Assembly (NCBI RefSeq): GCF_006345805.1
Contig: NC_043012.1
Location: 13,826,001-13,890,000, forward strand
DNA length: 64,000 bases
Reading direction: 5' to 3'
Source of the DNA: Octopus sinensis
Taxonomy: Eukaryota
Shown here one piece after another: positions 11,807-24,200 of the stretch (within the stretch, counting starts at the first letter, position 1; the number at the start of each line of letters is the position of its first letter). The notes under the pieces are model-generated. The model searched no databases and was not told the DNA's origin. It worked only from the letters and a program-made list of their open reading frames with translations. A program made the translations under genes and the position numbers.

Positions 11807-11989
11807 TATATATATATATATACATACATATATACATTTGTATTTATGTTAAAAGTCATATTAAAATACAGATATACAATACATGAAATTATATATTATG
11901 TAAGAAATGTTTTGTTTATGTAATCGAAAATATTTTTAACTTCCTGCGAATGTGTTCTGGCTGTCTCTGATCGTCACGTCGTGGTGGCT

Positions 11990-12520
11990 GATCTATGTCT
12001 GTAATAATTCTGTCAACTCTGCTGTACCTCTAGGTTCCACTCTATTCTCTTAGTCCTACATATCAAATACATCCAGGTTTTCAATTTGAACAGGGCGTAT
12101 GATACCTCTAATACCGATAATATAGGCAAATGGGAACCATTGACGCCAGTGACGTGACATCTCCAAGTATCATTATAAGTCTACGGTTTCAGGACGTTGT
12201 ACCAGATGTCATTTTGGAGATGAACGAAGATGCATATGTCTATGGGAAGTACTTTAGAATGGAGATAATATGGGCGATGAGAGGAAGAGATATAATTATG
12301 TATGAAGTGCCACAGAATATGTAAGATAAGACTTGCCAACACCGAATCGCTAAAATCATTATGGAAACGGCAGATAGGAAAGATATTGGATATAGTTTAG
12401 GTATATCTTAGTAGCGTTCTCTACTAATATCATTACCGGTAACATACTGAGCACACCGCCCATGTATAAAATTATGTTAGAACAACACTCTTCGCACATC
12501 ATCGTTAGTCTATAAATAAG
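11990..12520 (-). pseudogene. Possible highly decayed class A GPCR-like relic
   Basis: Frameshifted hydrophobic segments CSNIILYMGGVLSMLPVMILVE, then ERY (12419-12411) with a Trp exactly 26 codons after the Arg (ILAIRCW), then further hydrophobic stretches. Many stops. Confidence 0.22.
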
Positions 12521-13022
12521 ATATTTACCTAATTTCTTCGGTATATTGTAGATGTTGAACCCTTATTTTTTGCATAATAATTTCAAAGCAAAATTAAGAG
12601 AATTAAAGAAAATACTGCAGACAATATGTTGTGTCATTACTATAAAAAATTTAAACGACAGCAAAGAAAGAAATTTAAGAAAAAAAGCAAGTCATGAAAT
12701 TCTGATACTGACCATATATTGAAATCAAAGTGAATTCAGATTTTTCTGTGCACTGTAGACACACAATAGCTACACAGAGTGATATTCTTAAAAAACTGGA
12801 AGGTTATATATGAACGTGTGGGTGACGCACACCCCAATATGCTAATGAATATGTATACGTATATATGTGTGTGAGTGTTTGTGTATGTGGACTCGCGCGT
12901 TTGTGTGTGTACTTATATAGATAAAGGGTGTAGGGTATATATATATGTATATATATATATATGTACATGCATACACATATATAAGTGTCATTTATTATAT
13001 ATCATATATATATATATATATT

Positions 13023-13054
<32 letters not shown>

Positions 13055-13488
13055 ATATATATATATTATATATATTATATTTTTGTGTATGTGTTAGTCA
13101 TATGAATATTATATTCAAAGCATGTAATTGAAAGACACCTCTGTGAAGTTGCCAACATGCAATAAATTGAACACAAACAATAGCGTAAGTAAAAGTTGAT
13201 ATAGTCAGCTTCTTTTCATTTTCAAAGTCAGTTCCGCCTATATTGACTGAAAAATATGTTGTGCGTATGTGTGTGTTTGTTTGTATGTATGCGTATGTGT
13301 GTGCATGTGCGTGTGTATGTGTGCGTGTGTGCATGGTTGAGATTGTGGTTGCGTGGTAAGGAACTTGCTTTCGGCTTCAGCCCCGCTGCGTGGCATTCTG
13401 TACAAATGTCTTCTGCGATACCCACGTTCCGAGCAGGGTCTTGTGAGTGGATTTGGTAGACTGAAACTGACAGAAGATCCTCGTATAG

Positions 13489-13572
<84 letters not shown>

Positions 13573-14629
13573 GAAATTGAAACCGATAGAATAAATAAGA
13601 TGTCTTGGATTTTATTTGTTCGACTAAGACTATTCTAGGCGGTGCTGCAGCATGGCAGCTCTCAAATCACTGAATGAAGGAAAATAAGAACATATATATA
13701 TATACATATATATATATAGATATATATATATATATATTATATATATATTATATATATATATATATATATCTATTATATATATATATATACATACACGTTT
13801 ATATATTTGTTGTGCAAGATTTTTTATGTGAAGTCGTGTGGTGAAACTTGAAACATATTGTTGTATTTAGGAATGGTCATTTTGCCAGTTTAGCCAATAA
13901 AACACACGCACTATATATTTGGTGTTACTTTACTTCAGTGTTATTTATTTTTTACATTAATCTTAATCTTATTTCGGCCAGAGTTCTTTCGTCACGCTCC
14001 TGTGACCGCATCAGTGGTCCTTTGTTTTCTTCTTTCTTATTTGTGTCTCTCCTTACTAACCGTCAGCCATTTTGTATTTCCATTGTATGTCTTCATTTGC
14101 GCATGCTTATATCTCTATGTGCGTCATAGATGTCTTGGATTTTATTTATTCGACTAAGACTCTTCTCGGCGGTGCTGCAGCATGGCAGCTCTCAAATCAC
14201 TGAATGAAGGAAAATAAGAATATATATATATATATATACATATATAAACACACAAACACGCACACACGCAGACACACACACTCACAACATACATATATGT
14301 ATATATATGGGATCGCGTGGCGTCTACTCTGGGATAGACTGGTGTTCAGTTAAGTGGGAATGTGGGGCTGCTCGCCTCGCCAAGTAACTGACATTATTCA
14401 AAGGATATGTGTTCATCGACATATAACAAGATTATCGTAATATGTGAAGCTGGTGCCTGAATGTTTCTAGCTTCAAGCTATCACGAAAGGTTAGAATTGT
14501 TACATTTACGGTGGTAGTAGTGTAACTATTCAGGTAAAAATATGCAAAAGAAGATCATCATGGTATACTAAAACCGCTTTGATTTTAGAAGAGTCAACGC
14601 ATGGAGATAGTTCTTACAATGAATTTTGG

Positions 14630-14945
14630 TAAAAATCGATGCACAGGGAGTCATGAAGTTCCGCTTTTTGCAAGACAAACGAGCGGCGGAAACCTATGGA
14701 GATAGGAAAGAAGCCTTACTCCACATTGAAAATCAAGGTGTCAAGGTTTCGGGCTGATCATTTTGAGATCTTAGATCTCAAAGTAACCAGTCGGCGACCA
14801 CAAAAGACAAACAACGAGTTGTTCACGACACGATACTCGAGGACCGAGTATCATGACCGAGTAGTTGATAATCTGCGGATTTCCCGCCATAGAGTTGGTC
14901 ACATCATCCACATTCTGGACATGAGAAAGCATTCCGCAAAATGCA
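14630..14945 (+). mobile_element. Mariner transposase N-terminal (HTH) relic
   Basis: KIDAQGVMKFRFLQDK..PYSTLKIKVSRFR...VVHDTILEDR...ISRHRVGHIIHILDMRKHSAK resembles mariner KIEYRAVIKF..PSYSTVKKW..F...ISKERVGHILHEEL.MRKLSAR. Confidence 0.75.
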
Positions 14946-16374
14946 GAAGAGAAGTGCATCAAAATGACGGCATTAAATGTGTTTTGCGACCGGTTTGCTG
15001 CGGTAGAGCCTCATTTTATGGCTCCTTTAGTCGCTATGCATAAATCTTGGCTTGATTATTCTGTTCCACAAACAAAGCAGCAATAATGTACTTTAATAAT
15101 CACCAAATCTATAATCATTCATTGTGTAAATACATTTTTGAGAGGGACTTCCTCTATAAAACTCGGAGTATAATCGTATCACAGTCAGGTTCCACTTAGG
15201 AAATTATATCAACAGCAGCAGCATTTGCTTCCTTTCTCTAATCATGCACTTCCTCCTCCACCTCCACCGTCTCCATCGCTCCTCATGCTCTTTCTTCTAC
15301 ACCCTCTTCTCCTCCTCCTCCTCCTCATCATCATCATCACCATCACTAACACAATTCCTCAGCATCTGCATCTTTGTCTTTGTCGTCATCATCGTGGCTG
15401 TTGGCGTCAATCGTAATTTTGATTTACATACAGATATTTAATAAGACATAGAAACAGCAATTTTTGAAATCAGTCTTTATTCGATAAAGTAATTTTATTA
15501 TGGAAAACACGGACAAGTGATTAAGCTTTATTCCAAATTGTGTATAAATATCTAGATTTCATGGTGCTACAGAATCACAACATTTTACAATAGTTTGTGT
15601 TATAATAATATACATGTATTTGACTTCATATATAAAAATAATACTCGCTGTATACAGTATAATGAGAGACATTTAAATATGTGAATAGTGTGAACGATTA
15701 TTGCTTTCTGACATTGCAGAACTGCTCTTCATTGTTTCTGATCCCTATTTAAGAGGGAGTTGGTTTTATTCATAGTCATACAGTCCCATTACTCATTTAA
15801 ATATTAAAATTGTTACGTACGATGATAAAATTTCTTCTTTCATAAATGTATTTTACTTGGTGAACATAGCGCTGATACATCGATATTCCAGTGTTTCTAG
15901 TCATTGGATCAGTGGTTTGTTATCTAACAGGTTTATTTATTTTAGATAACGTCCTAAGTTTCATGCAATAATCTTTGATAAATACACTTACTAGAAAATG
16001 ACCTCACACGCATTAAAATTCGTAAACCTTTAGTTTCAGAACTGATGTTTGCATTGTTACAATGTTACACATTAATCTCAACATGAAGTATTGTGCTTAT
16101 TCTCTATTCAGTAAAGGAATTCTGTACATGTTATCCGGTAACTGTTAATGCTCTAGCCGCTCCGCAAATATTAGGAAAGCAATTGATAATATGAGTTAAA
16201 GGCTTATAAGTATATTTGTGTTAAAGAACTATTTATCATTACAGTACAGCTATAGAATGAGGCTCTATTAGGAGATCTTTCACGGACATAAAAAGAAAAA
16301 AAATAGAACCCTATGTAAACTAGTAAATGTTTTACCATAAATAAATATGAAAATTATTTAGTATAAAGAAGAGG

Positions 16375-17021
16375 CGGCTCGGCAGGGGTGAAACCATGGT
16401 AGGTGAGATGAAGCGCGTCGCTAAAAAAGTGTTGATGTGATTTGACGAGATCCTCACCGTGGATTCGGTTAGGCAGAACGGCAGGCTTCATGCATGTAAT
16501 GTAGGAGACTAGCACGAAGGTAGCAGGTGTCATTTACGGCGTCAGAAACCACCTTCAGTCATGGTATTGGCTGAAATTGCATCTGATGGGTCCAAGTCAC
16601 TCTTGATCTCCATTGATGCTGATGTCAAGAACTCCAGCCCAAGCATCCAATTTGATACAGAGGTACTGCGAAGAACATTTCAACGGGATTTTAGAGACAA
16701 GACACTAAGGCCTCCCTCTATCCCATGAACTTTGCTATTTGGTATTTCTGCTCGCTCCTATTCAAATGTATCAGATCTGAAGAAAGCCCTTCTGCCTTCA
16801 TGAGTCAATGTGGATGAAGTGGTTATGCGGCGCTCATGCAACTCAAGGACCACTAATTTGAAGGCTATGATCAATACGAAAGGTTATCATTTTGAGATGC
16901 AATTACTGCAATTAATTGACCATTTAACATAGAACGTGTGTGCTGAATTTCATTACCCTACATTAAGTGTATTTTGAATAATTAAGAAATATCAATGGGT
17001 AAATCTTTCTGGGACACCCTG
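16375..17021 (+). mobile_element. Tc1/mariner (maT/DD37D-like) transposase relic with right TIR
   Basis: FDEILTVDSVRQNGRLHA...RRQKPPSVMVLAEIASDGSKS..., LYPMNFAIW, SDLKKAL...LKAMINTKGYHFE. The element ends in gggacaccctg followed by TA at 17021-17023. Confidence 0.8.
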
Positions 17022-17440
17022 TAGATACAGAAAATATCAGTCAAATTAATATAACCGAAATTGCATGATAACACAACGTTATGAAGGCAAAGCAAAATTG
17101 CTTAAATACAAAGTGAACTAAAAATAATATCTCTAGTAGACGAACGCATACAAAAACAACATAAAATATTCTGTAAAAAGCTAGTTTGGTATTCTTCTAG
17201 TGACGTCAGTGGATAACGAAAGACAACAATATAATCATATGACGTGTACGTTGCTAGAAACGTAAGGGTTTCTACGTAGCGACAATTAGATGTCTATATA
17301 TTTAATATGCTAAAGAGTTTTAGAAAGATTTCCAGTATTTATTTGAAGGTGAGAGACATATATCTAAAGTTGTGAATGGCGCATCATATCAGAAAATATT
17401 CCTTGATTCAGTGTTTTATCATATATATATATATATTATA

Positions 17441-17498
<58 letters not shown>

Positions 17499-17579
17499 TT
17501 ACTTAGTATTAACATAATCAATTTTTGTTGTTTTTGGTCCTCAAAATTATAAAAAACTGTAGACTTATAATTATTATTA

Positions 17580-17611
<32 letters not shown>

Positions 17612-17631
17612 TATTATTATTATTATTATTA

Positions 17632-18179
17632 TTGAGTGAGCGAGCAGAGCATGCCATCAAAGTGACACTGGGGTAAATATTACGAAGCCCAGTATACCCA
17701 TCATGACTACCCGTCTGATAAGGGTACACCAGGCACATGCATCACAACCATATGTGCGCGACATGGTGATCTCATATCAAGATAAACAGCACATGACCTT
17801 GCAGGTGGGGCCAGTTAGATTTTCTTCAGATCGAGTAACCCATCAAAAGGTCCCTGAATAAGGGTTGTTTTTTAAGGATGTTGAACGAAACACCCGTTTC
17901 AGAGGTGAATTATTCAAACCCCAAAGAATCCCTCTCAACACATGGCTATGATGCTCCTCCACTACTTCTGCTCGTGATCAAGATGCACATATCGTCAGCC
18001 ACTAAGGGACATGCTCAACTGGTTAAAGTCAAACAACTGACAAGCAAATCTGTGGTATTGAGGCAGAATATTTGCTGTAGGCCATCTTTTATACCAAGAC
18101 AAAACGTTGTACATGATAACACTTCCAATCAGTTAAGATCAGAAGCCATGAGAGCCACTGCCTGGTACTGCATCAGGGC

Positions 18180-18180
<1 letters not shown>
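17632..18180. mobile_element. Non-coding interspersed repeat embedded in (ATT)n arrays, probably the 3'UTR of a TAA-targeting non-LTR element
   Basis: About 550 bp of higher-GC sequence bounded on both sides by long (ATT)n. Resembles a common octopus repeat from memory; no ORF with homology. Confidence 0.45.
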
Positions 18181-18258
<78 letters not shown>

Positions 18259-18266
18259 CATTATTA

Positions 18267-18309
<43 letters not shown>

Positions 18310-18391
18310 CATTATTATCATCATCATCATCACGTCATCATCATCATCATCATCATCATCGTCATCATCGTCATCATCATCATCATCATCT
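18181..18391. repeat. (ATT)n grading into (ATC)n trinucleotide array
   Basis: Directly visible. Confidence 0.95.
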
Positions 18392-18897
18392 GAAACCATA
18401 GCCATATGGTTGGAAAGCAATATTCTTACCACACAGTCATGCCCATACACACACACATACACACACACACACACAACACACATATGTATATATATATATG
18501 TACCGAAGAGATTATGTAAAATGTCATTCGGTGTAAAACTAAACTCAAAAGACGTTAAAACACTCTTATTTTCTGTCACTTATTTCGTTACAATATTAAC
18601 TATGTTTCAATGCTCACTTTCATATACCGAATATGAATTTGTTACCTGATTGTATACTTCGACGCATCCTCATATGCTTGCATTTCATATAATATCACGT
18701 AACCTTAGATATATAATTCATAAATGTCGCTGTTTACAGTTGAATCTTTTACGGCATTAATTTTACGAAATTAATTGCTGACCAAATTACAATTATGAAA
18801 GTTTGATAATCTCATGCTTGAAATTAAAATCCAGCTTTATTTGCAAAAACAATAACTCCCTTCATTGCTAATTTGTTCCAATACACTGGAGCATAAA

Positions 18898-19509
18898 AAT
18901 GGCACATGTAATTATTTAATATCAATTAGATATCTCTATTAGCGATCGGTACTAATTTTAAGAAGTACAAGGCAAATTCTATAAATATTTCGATAACACT
19001 GAAACTCCGTCGTGATCATAGAATGTCCAAGGAAATATATAGGATATATGAAAAATAACAAGATAAAAATTATTTGTAAATTAACAGACACGGCATAAAT
19101 ATTGTTGGTCTTGTTAGTCAAGCGGTGTAAATAACAAACCTAAAAACAATATTGAAATTATAACCAATAATACGATGGAAATTGCACATGTAATTATTTA
19201 ATGGCACATGGCACAAATTATTTAATGGCACATGTAATTATTTAATATCAATTAGATATCTCTATTAGCGATCGGTACTAATTTTAAGAAGTACAAGGCA
19301 AATTCTATAAATATTTCGATAACACTGAAACTCCGTCGTGATCATAGAATGTCCAAGGAAATATATAGGATATATGAAAAATAACAAGATAAAAATTATT
19401 TGTAAATTAACAGACACGGCATAAATATTGTTGGTCTTGTTAGTCAAGCGGTGTAAATAACAAACCTAAAAACAATATTGAAATTATAACCAATAATACG
19501 ATGGAAATT
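18898..19509. repeat. Tandem duplication (period 326 bp) of the last codons and 3' flank of the second CR gene
   Basis: 18898-19183 equals 19224-19509; the identical ORF-track entries 18939..19121 and 19265..19447 confirm the offset. The 40-bp junction 19184-19223 is built from pieces of atggcacatgtaattattt. Confidence 0.9.
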
Positions 19510-20618
19510 TTTAGAAATATGTCATCCAGTCTTACGTGATCGGAAATACAGTTTCTCTTTATCTTACTTTGAAGTTCATTATCATTAAGAGTTTGCGATT
19601 TTACCGTGGAAATTAATGAAGCATCTGCCACTTTGTTATTTTGAGTTTTGTTTTTATTTTCTTGAGATGATTGATTAACATGCAACTTGCTTATAACCAC
19701 CGATCCAAGCGTGACGATACCACTTAACATTGACAATAACATTAAATATAGTATGAACAGTGAAGGATATTTCGAATTTTTTGGTGTATTCTTATCGATT
19801 TGAACAAGATACAAGACGTTTGATAAAAATATTGTCATTGCTAGAGAAACTTTCTCTCCTGATTCAGGAGGCAGAAGAAAAACAAAAAGAGTTAAAATAG
19901 TCATCATTACTGTTGGAATCAACATAGCTACTATTCCTATCGTGATTTTACGTCGTAACTGCACTGCCACAAATGCTTGACTGATGCCATCGTTTGTGAC
20001 ACTTGCTTTACCATAGAAATGAATATCCCACTTGTAGTTTTCTAAATCATTCATACTCGAGTAATATACATAATTTAATCGTGTTTCGTCGGGAACATGT
20101 AAAGCAACACAAATGTCTATTTTACATTCATGGTCATCAAATGGATACGTGTATGCGTTCACTAGGCAATATGTCTCCATGTACTTAAGGGACCACAACT
20201 CAACTGTTCCGTTAGAGTGAACGATTACTTCGCGATTGATATCGCTATTATCTTCCTCATTCACTGAATTACACATCATCAGAGATGGCGTCCATATTTT
20301 ATTTTTTGGTATATACATATGACTAATGTTGTTATATTCCAATGGATCCCAGGTCAGATATTCATCAGTCCAACTTGGGATGAACAAATACCGAGCAATC
20401 AGTAAGTTATTTACGAAGTCCAAGTCATACAGCGTGTGAAGCATCAAGGAAGCATCTATCTCAACAGGTGTAGACAGATTAGTAACAGGTCTTATATCTT
20501 TTGTATAATTCAAAAGCAATGTTTTTTTCAATCGTTCTTCATCCTCGTGCGTTGGGTTGGAATTTACTATCAATATCATTAAACTCAAGCTAAAAGTCAA
20601 ATATTTCATGAGCTTCAT
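19440..20618 (-). CDS. Second divergent Cys-loop channel subunit, chemotactile receptor (CR)-type; single coding exon, 392 aa from first ATG
   Basis: Signal peptide, Cys-loop CLVNAYTYPFDDHEC, PESGEK, M1-M4, no vicinal Cys or loop-B Trp. Paralogous to 7158-8360. The track's 20636 start is a TTG; ATGs are at 20618 and 20609. Confidence 0.93.
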   Translation of the reverse strand: MKLMKYLTFSLSLMILIVNSNPTHEDEERLKKTLLLNYTKDIRPVTNLSTPVEIDASLMLHTLYDLDFVNNLLIARYLFIPSWTDEYLTWDPLEYNNISHMYIPKNKIWTPSLMMCNSVNEEDNSDINREVIVHSNGTVELWSLKYMETYCLVNAYTYPFDDHECKIDICVALHVPDETRLNYVYYSSMNDLENYKWDIHFYGKASVTNDGISQAFVAVQLRRKITIGIVAMLIPTVMMTILTLFVFLLPPESGEKVSLAMTIFLSNVLYLVQIDKNTPKNSKYPSLFILYLMLLSMLSGIVTLGSVVISKLHVNQSSQENKNKTQNNKVADASLISTVKSQTLNDNELQSKIKRNCISDHVRLDDIFLKISIVLLVIISILFLGLLFTPLD

Positions 20619-21629
20619 TTTCTTTAATATCTTCAAGAGTTAAATATTGGTATATACTTGTGTTAACGGTTCCTAGTAAATATTGACTTGTATCAATTTT
20701 GTAACCGTTTTTCTACACTAAATAACTGTTGTACATGTTATTATTGATACAACAAAATAAGATATATAGAGTTTTCGAGAACACGACAGATTTATAGAAT
20801 GCATCAAATACACAAATCTCACTTTATAGGCACTATATAAACAACGAGGTATCGTACAATGCAGTGTATTTATTTTTAAATGAGTTGTGAAATGTAGAAT
20901 ACTGCATGAAGATGTTATATTTTTTCTGGTTAAATTGATTATTAAAATAAGATGTAAATAAGAATATTAATGTTCCACTTGAAGAGACAGGGATATTTAA
21001 TCATTTAATTATATATATTTCAACCAATGTTCTGATAGAAATATTTATGTAAGTCAGCTTTTATACTTATAAGGCTGCGAATTCGAATATATATCGGGTG
21101 TTATAACCCCGTTCACATAGCAATATCACATGGAAAAATTGAAGAGATTATTTGGTGCCAAACATGTTCGTGGTAACGAGGTGACTCGGCAATCTGAAAT
21201 AAATAAAAGTAGGTAGATAAACATGCAAATCAATGCTTGAAAATCCATTATCATTTACTAACGTTTCAGCTACATAAACAAGGCAACAAAGGTACTTACA
21301 GCAAGATATGCAAAGGAATAACAGCTTAAATTTCGTTGAACGTTTTCATGCCATTGAAAAAAAATTATCATCTTCAAGTACCTATTTTTTTTTACATTGA
21401 TTACCGTGTGAAACACAATCTTTTTAACACTTGTTTTAGATTAACGTTTGCTCTTGATTCTGTATCCAAAATGACCTTAGGTTTTCTGTATAACATTAAC
21501 CTTTCGAGGATTCCTTTGCTTTGCTTGAAAACCCATAAATATACGGCATCTAACAATAACATTTTGCTTAATTGTAATGTTTGTGCAAATTTATTCTTTC
21601 CATAGTAACTATATTGTTACAGTAATATA

Positions 21630-22200
21630 AATTGTGGGCAACTACTTAAATAAAAATTTGCTCTCATAACCTTTCCTAGTGTTCAATCTGTGGACAATTT
21701 CGGTTATGTTCCAACAATTGTCACCCATATTATTTACATCCATTCTACCAAGATACTATTCCTCCATGACTTTCAAGTATTGGCAGAAGCTTTCACCCTG
21801 CTCATCGCTGACCTTACCGAGGTTTCTGGGAAGTGAGCAAGATGGCTACGCAGAAAATGAAAACTTCGTGCTCATGCAATAACGGAGTGTGTTGTAGCTC
21901 CCTGGTGGTATCTCAGCAATTTCGGTGTAATTCTTTGCTCGTGTATTTCTAAGAAAATTATTAACAAAGTCTTTTCGAATTCTCACATTGTCTCACTAAA
22001 ATATCTTTGATAAGCTGTCGAATCTATGGACCATCAATCAAATTGACTTTGTGGGGGTCTTTCAATTGACAGGCCAGGATATGACAAAGTGGATAATTGA
22101 AACACCCGCCTTCAGTCGGAAATGTTTTAATGAACCGTTTCATGAAGTCCCGTTTCATGTTCAGAGGATAAGAATATAATTTCTGTGGGCCGAGATACAC
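21630..22200 (-). mobile_element. Chapaev3 (CMC superfamily) transposase C-terminal relic
   Basis: PQKLYSYPLNMKRDFMKRFIKTFPTEGGCFNY...DGP*IRQLIKD...FVNNFLRNTRAKNY...NLGKVSDEQGESFCQYLKVMEE*YLGRMDVNNMGDNCW matches the Chapaev3 motifs LHIKLGLMKQFVKAL and SDEQGERFHQD..ME.RYQGRW....M.DYCW. Confidence 0.8.
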
Positions 22201-22211
22201 ACACACATACA

Positions 22212-22303
<92 letters not shown>

Positions 22304-22323
22304 ATCTATCTGTCTATCTATCC

Positions 22324-22380
<57 letters not shown>

Positions 22381-22619
22381 GCTAGCTAGCTAGCTAGCTA
22401 GCTACATGAATATATACATTCTATTATTTTATTCTTCTATACATTTTAGTCATGTGACTGCGGTCATACTGGAACACCATTGTGAATTTCTACTCTGTCC
22501 GCCTCCATCTTATGTGGCTGGCTTCTTCTTGAGGGTGGGATTTCGTGCCACCTCCTTGGATATGATTGTTTTTTTTTTTTGTTTTTTTTTACGAAGGGTG
22601 AGCGCTAAGCAGGAATAAG

Positions 22620-22875
22620 TATAACTGCAATGTTACTATCAGTCCAAATATGCTTGAGGTGCGTTCGAACTGGGATATAAACCATTCATTGTGTTTTGTT
22701 ATGGAGAAAATTTCTCTTTTTTGACACGGATACACCTTTATTCTCTTAGTGAATACTTTCTGGAGTGACTCAATTACCGTAACGTTTTGTTTGGCGTGGG
22801 GAGGCCACAGAGCCAACGGTCTGATGACATCTTTCTGTCTGGTCCTGAATGTTCTGAGTATCCAGGAGTTCATCC
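22620..22875 (-). mobile_element. CR1-group LINE relic (post-RT region), same family type as 52450-54658
   Basis: MNSWILRTFRTRQKDVIRPL..LWPPHAKQNVTVIESLQKVFTKRI versus MSSWILRTFRSRKQGVIIPL...LWSPHTRQNISRIESPQRALTKQI. Confidence 0.75.
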
Positions 22876-23568
22876 TTCGGGCTATATCGCAAAATGGACA
22901 AAAGTAAAGCGACTAAGTTTGTACCCACGTGGTTATATTTTTATGAAGACCAGCTCCATATTTCCTACATTCAAATGAATAATCGAAGAAGAATCTATGC
23001 AATATGTTAATGGCTAAACAAAATTCAAATTACGCGTAGCCTAGATAGTGATTTATTCTTCTTATATCTAAAAATTCAACTGAAATGCTGAATTGCAAAC
23101 ATATGGACAAATTTCTATTGGCGACTTGTAGAACACCACCATCTCTGGATTCAGCAGCTGTATTGCAGATATTAGCCTTCGTCTGTTGAATCTACACTAT
23201 ATAGCTTTCAGATTCTACGGTCAAAGGGGACATAACTCTAATATGTTTTTGTTACTCTTTTTGTTTCTGTTTCTGCGTTTTTCAACATCCCAACTTCTGG
23301 TATTTTCTTTTCATTTCTCTTTTTCTATTGTCCCGACTTGTAATTTGTATAGGTCATGAGCCCAGAGGCGGCAGGTTATTGGAAAAACTAGGCGTGTTTT
23401 ACAAGCCGCCAAGATAATATTTTCAATATATGAAACATTTAGTACCTCAAGACTAGAAATAGAGCAAATAAAACAATAGCTATCACTCACCAGATGGAGT
23501 ACATTTTCTTGTTGATCTTACCTTAACGGAAAACTAAATTATATAAAGCAGCAGGAAAGAAAGATAGG

Positions 23569-23636
<68 letters not shown>

Positions 23637-23744
23637 CAGGCAGGCAGACAGATGGATAGATAGATAGTTAGATAGATAGATACATACATACATACATACA
23701 TACATGCATACATACATACATACATGCATACATACATACATACA

Positions 23745-23775
<31 letters not shown>

Positions 23776-24104
23776 CCTATAGCGTTACCAGTGACACAGA
23801 AACAAATTCCATCTTATACATATGCAATATATGCATAGCATTTATCCAGATTTTATATCAGTATGATTAAATTTACTACATTGTAAAAGCCATCTGGTTT
23901 TTAATTGACAAAACGTGTATTTTGCGTAATTCTCTGGATAATGGAGACATCAAACAACCAACAAATTTATTGGCAACTATTAACCATATGCAGGCGCTGG
24001 TGTGTGTGTGTATTTATTTAGATATAAATATATATATGTATATATATATATATATATGTTTATATATATATATATATATACACACATATGTCTGTATGCT
24101 TCTC

Positions 24105-24140
<36 letters not shown>

Positions 24141-24142
24141 CA

Positions 24143-24200
<58 letters not shown>

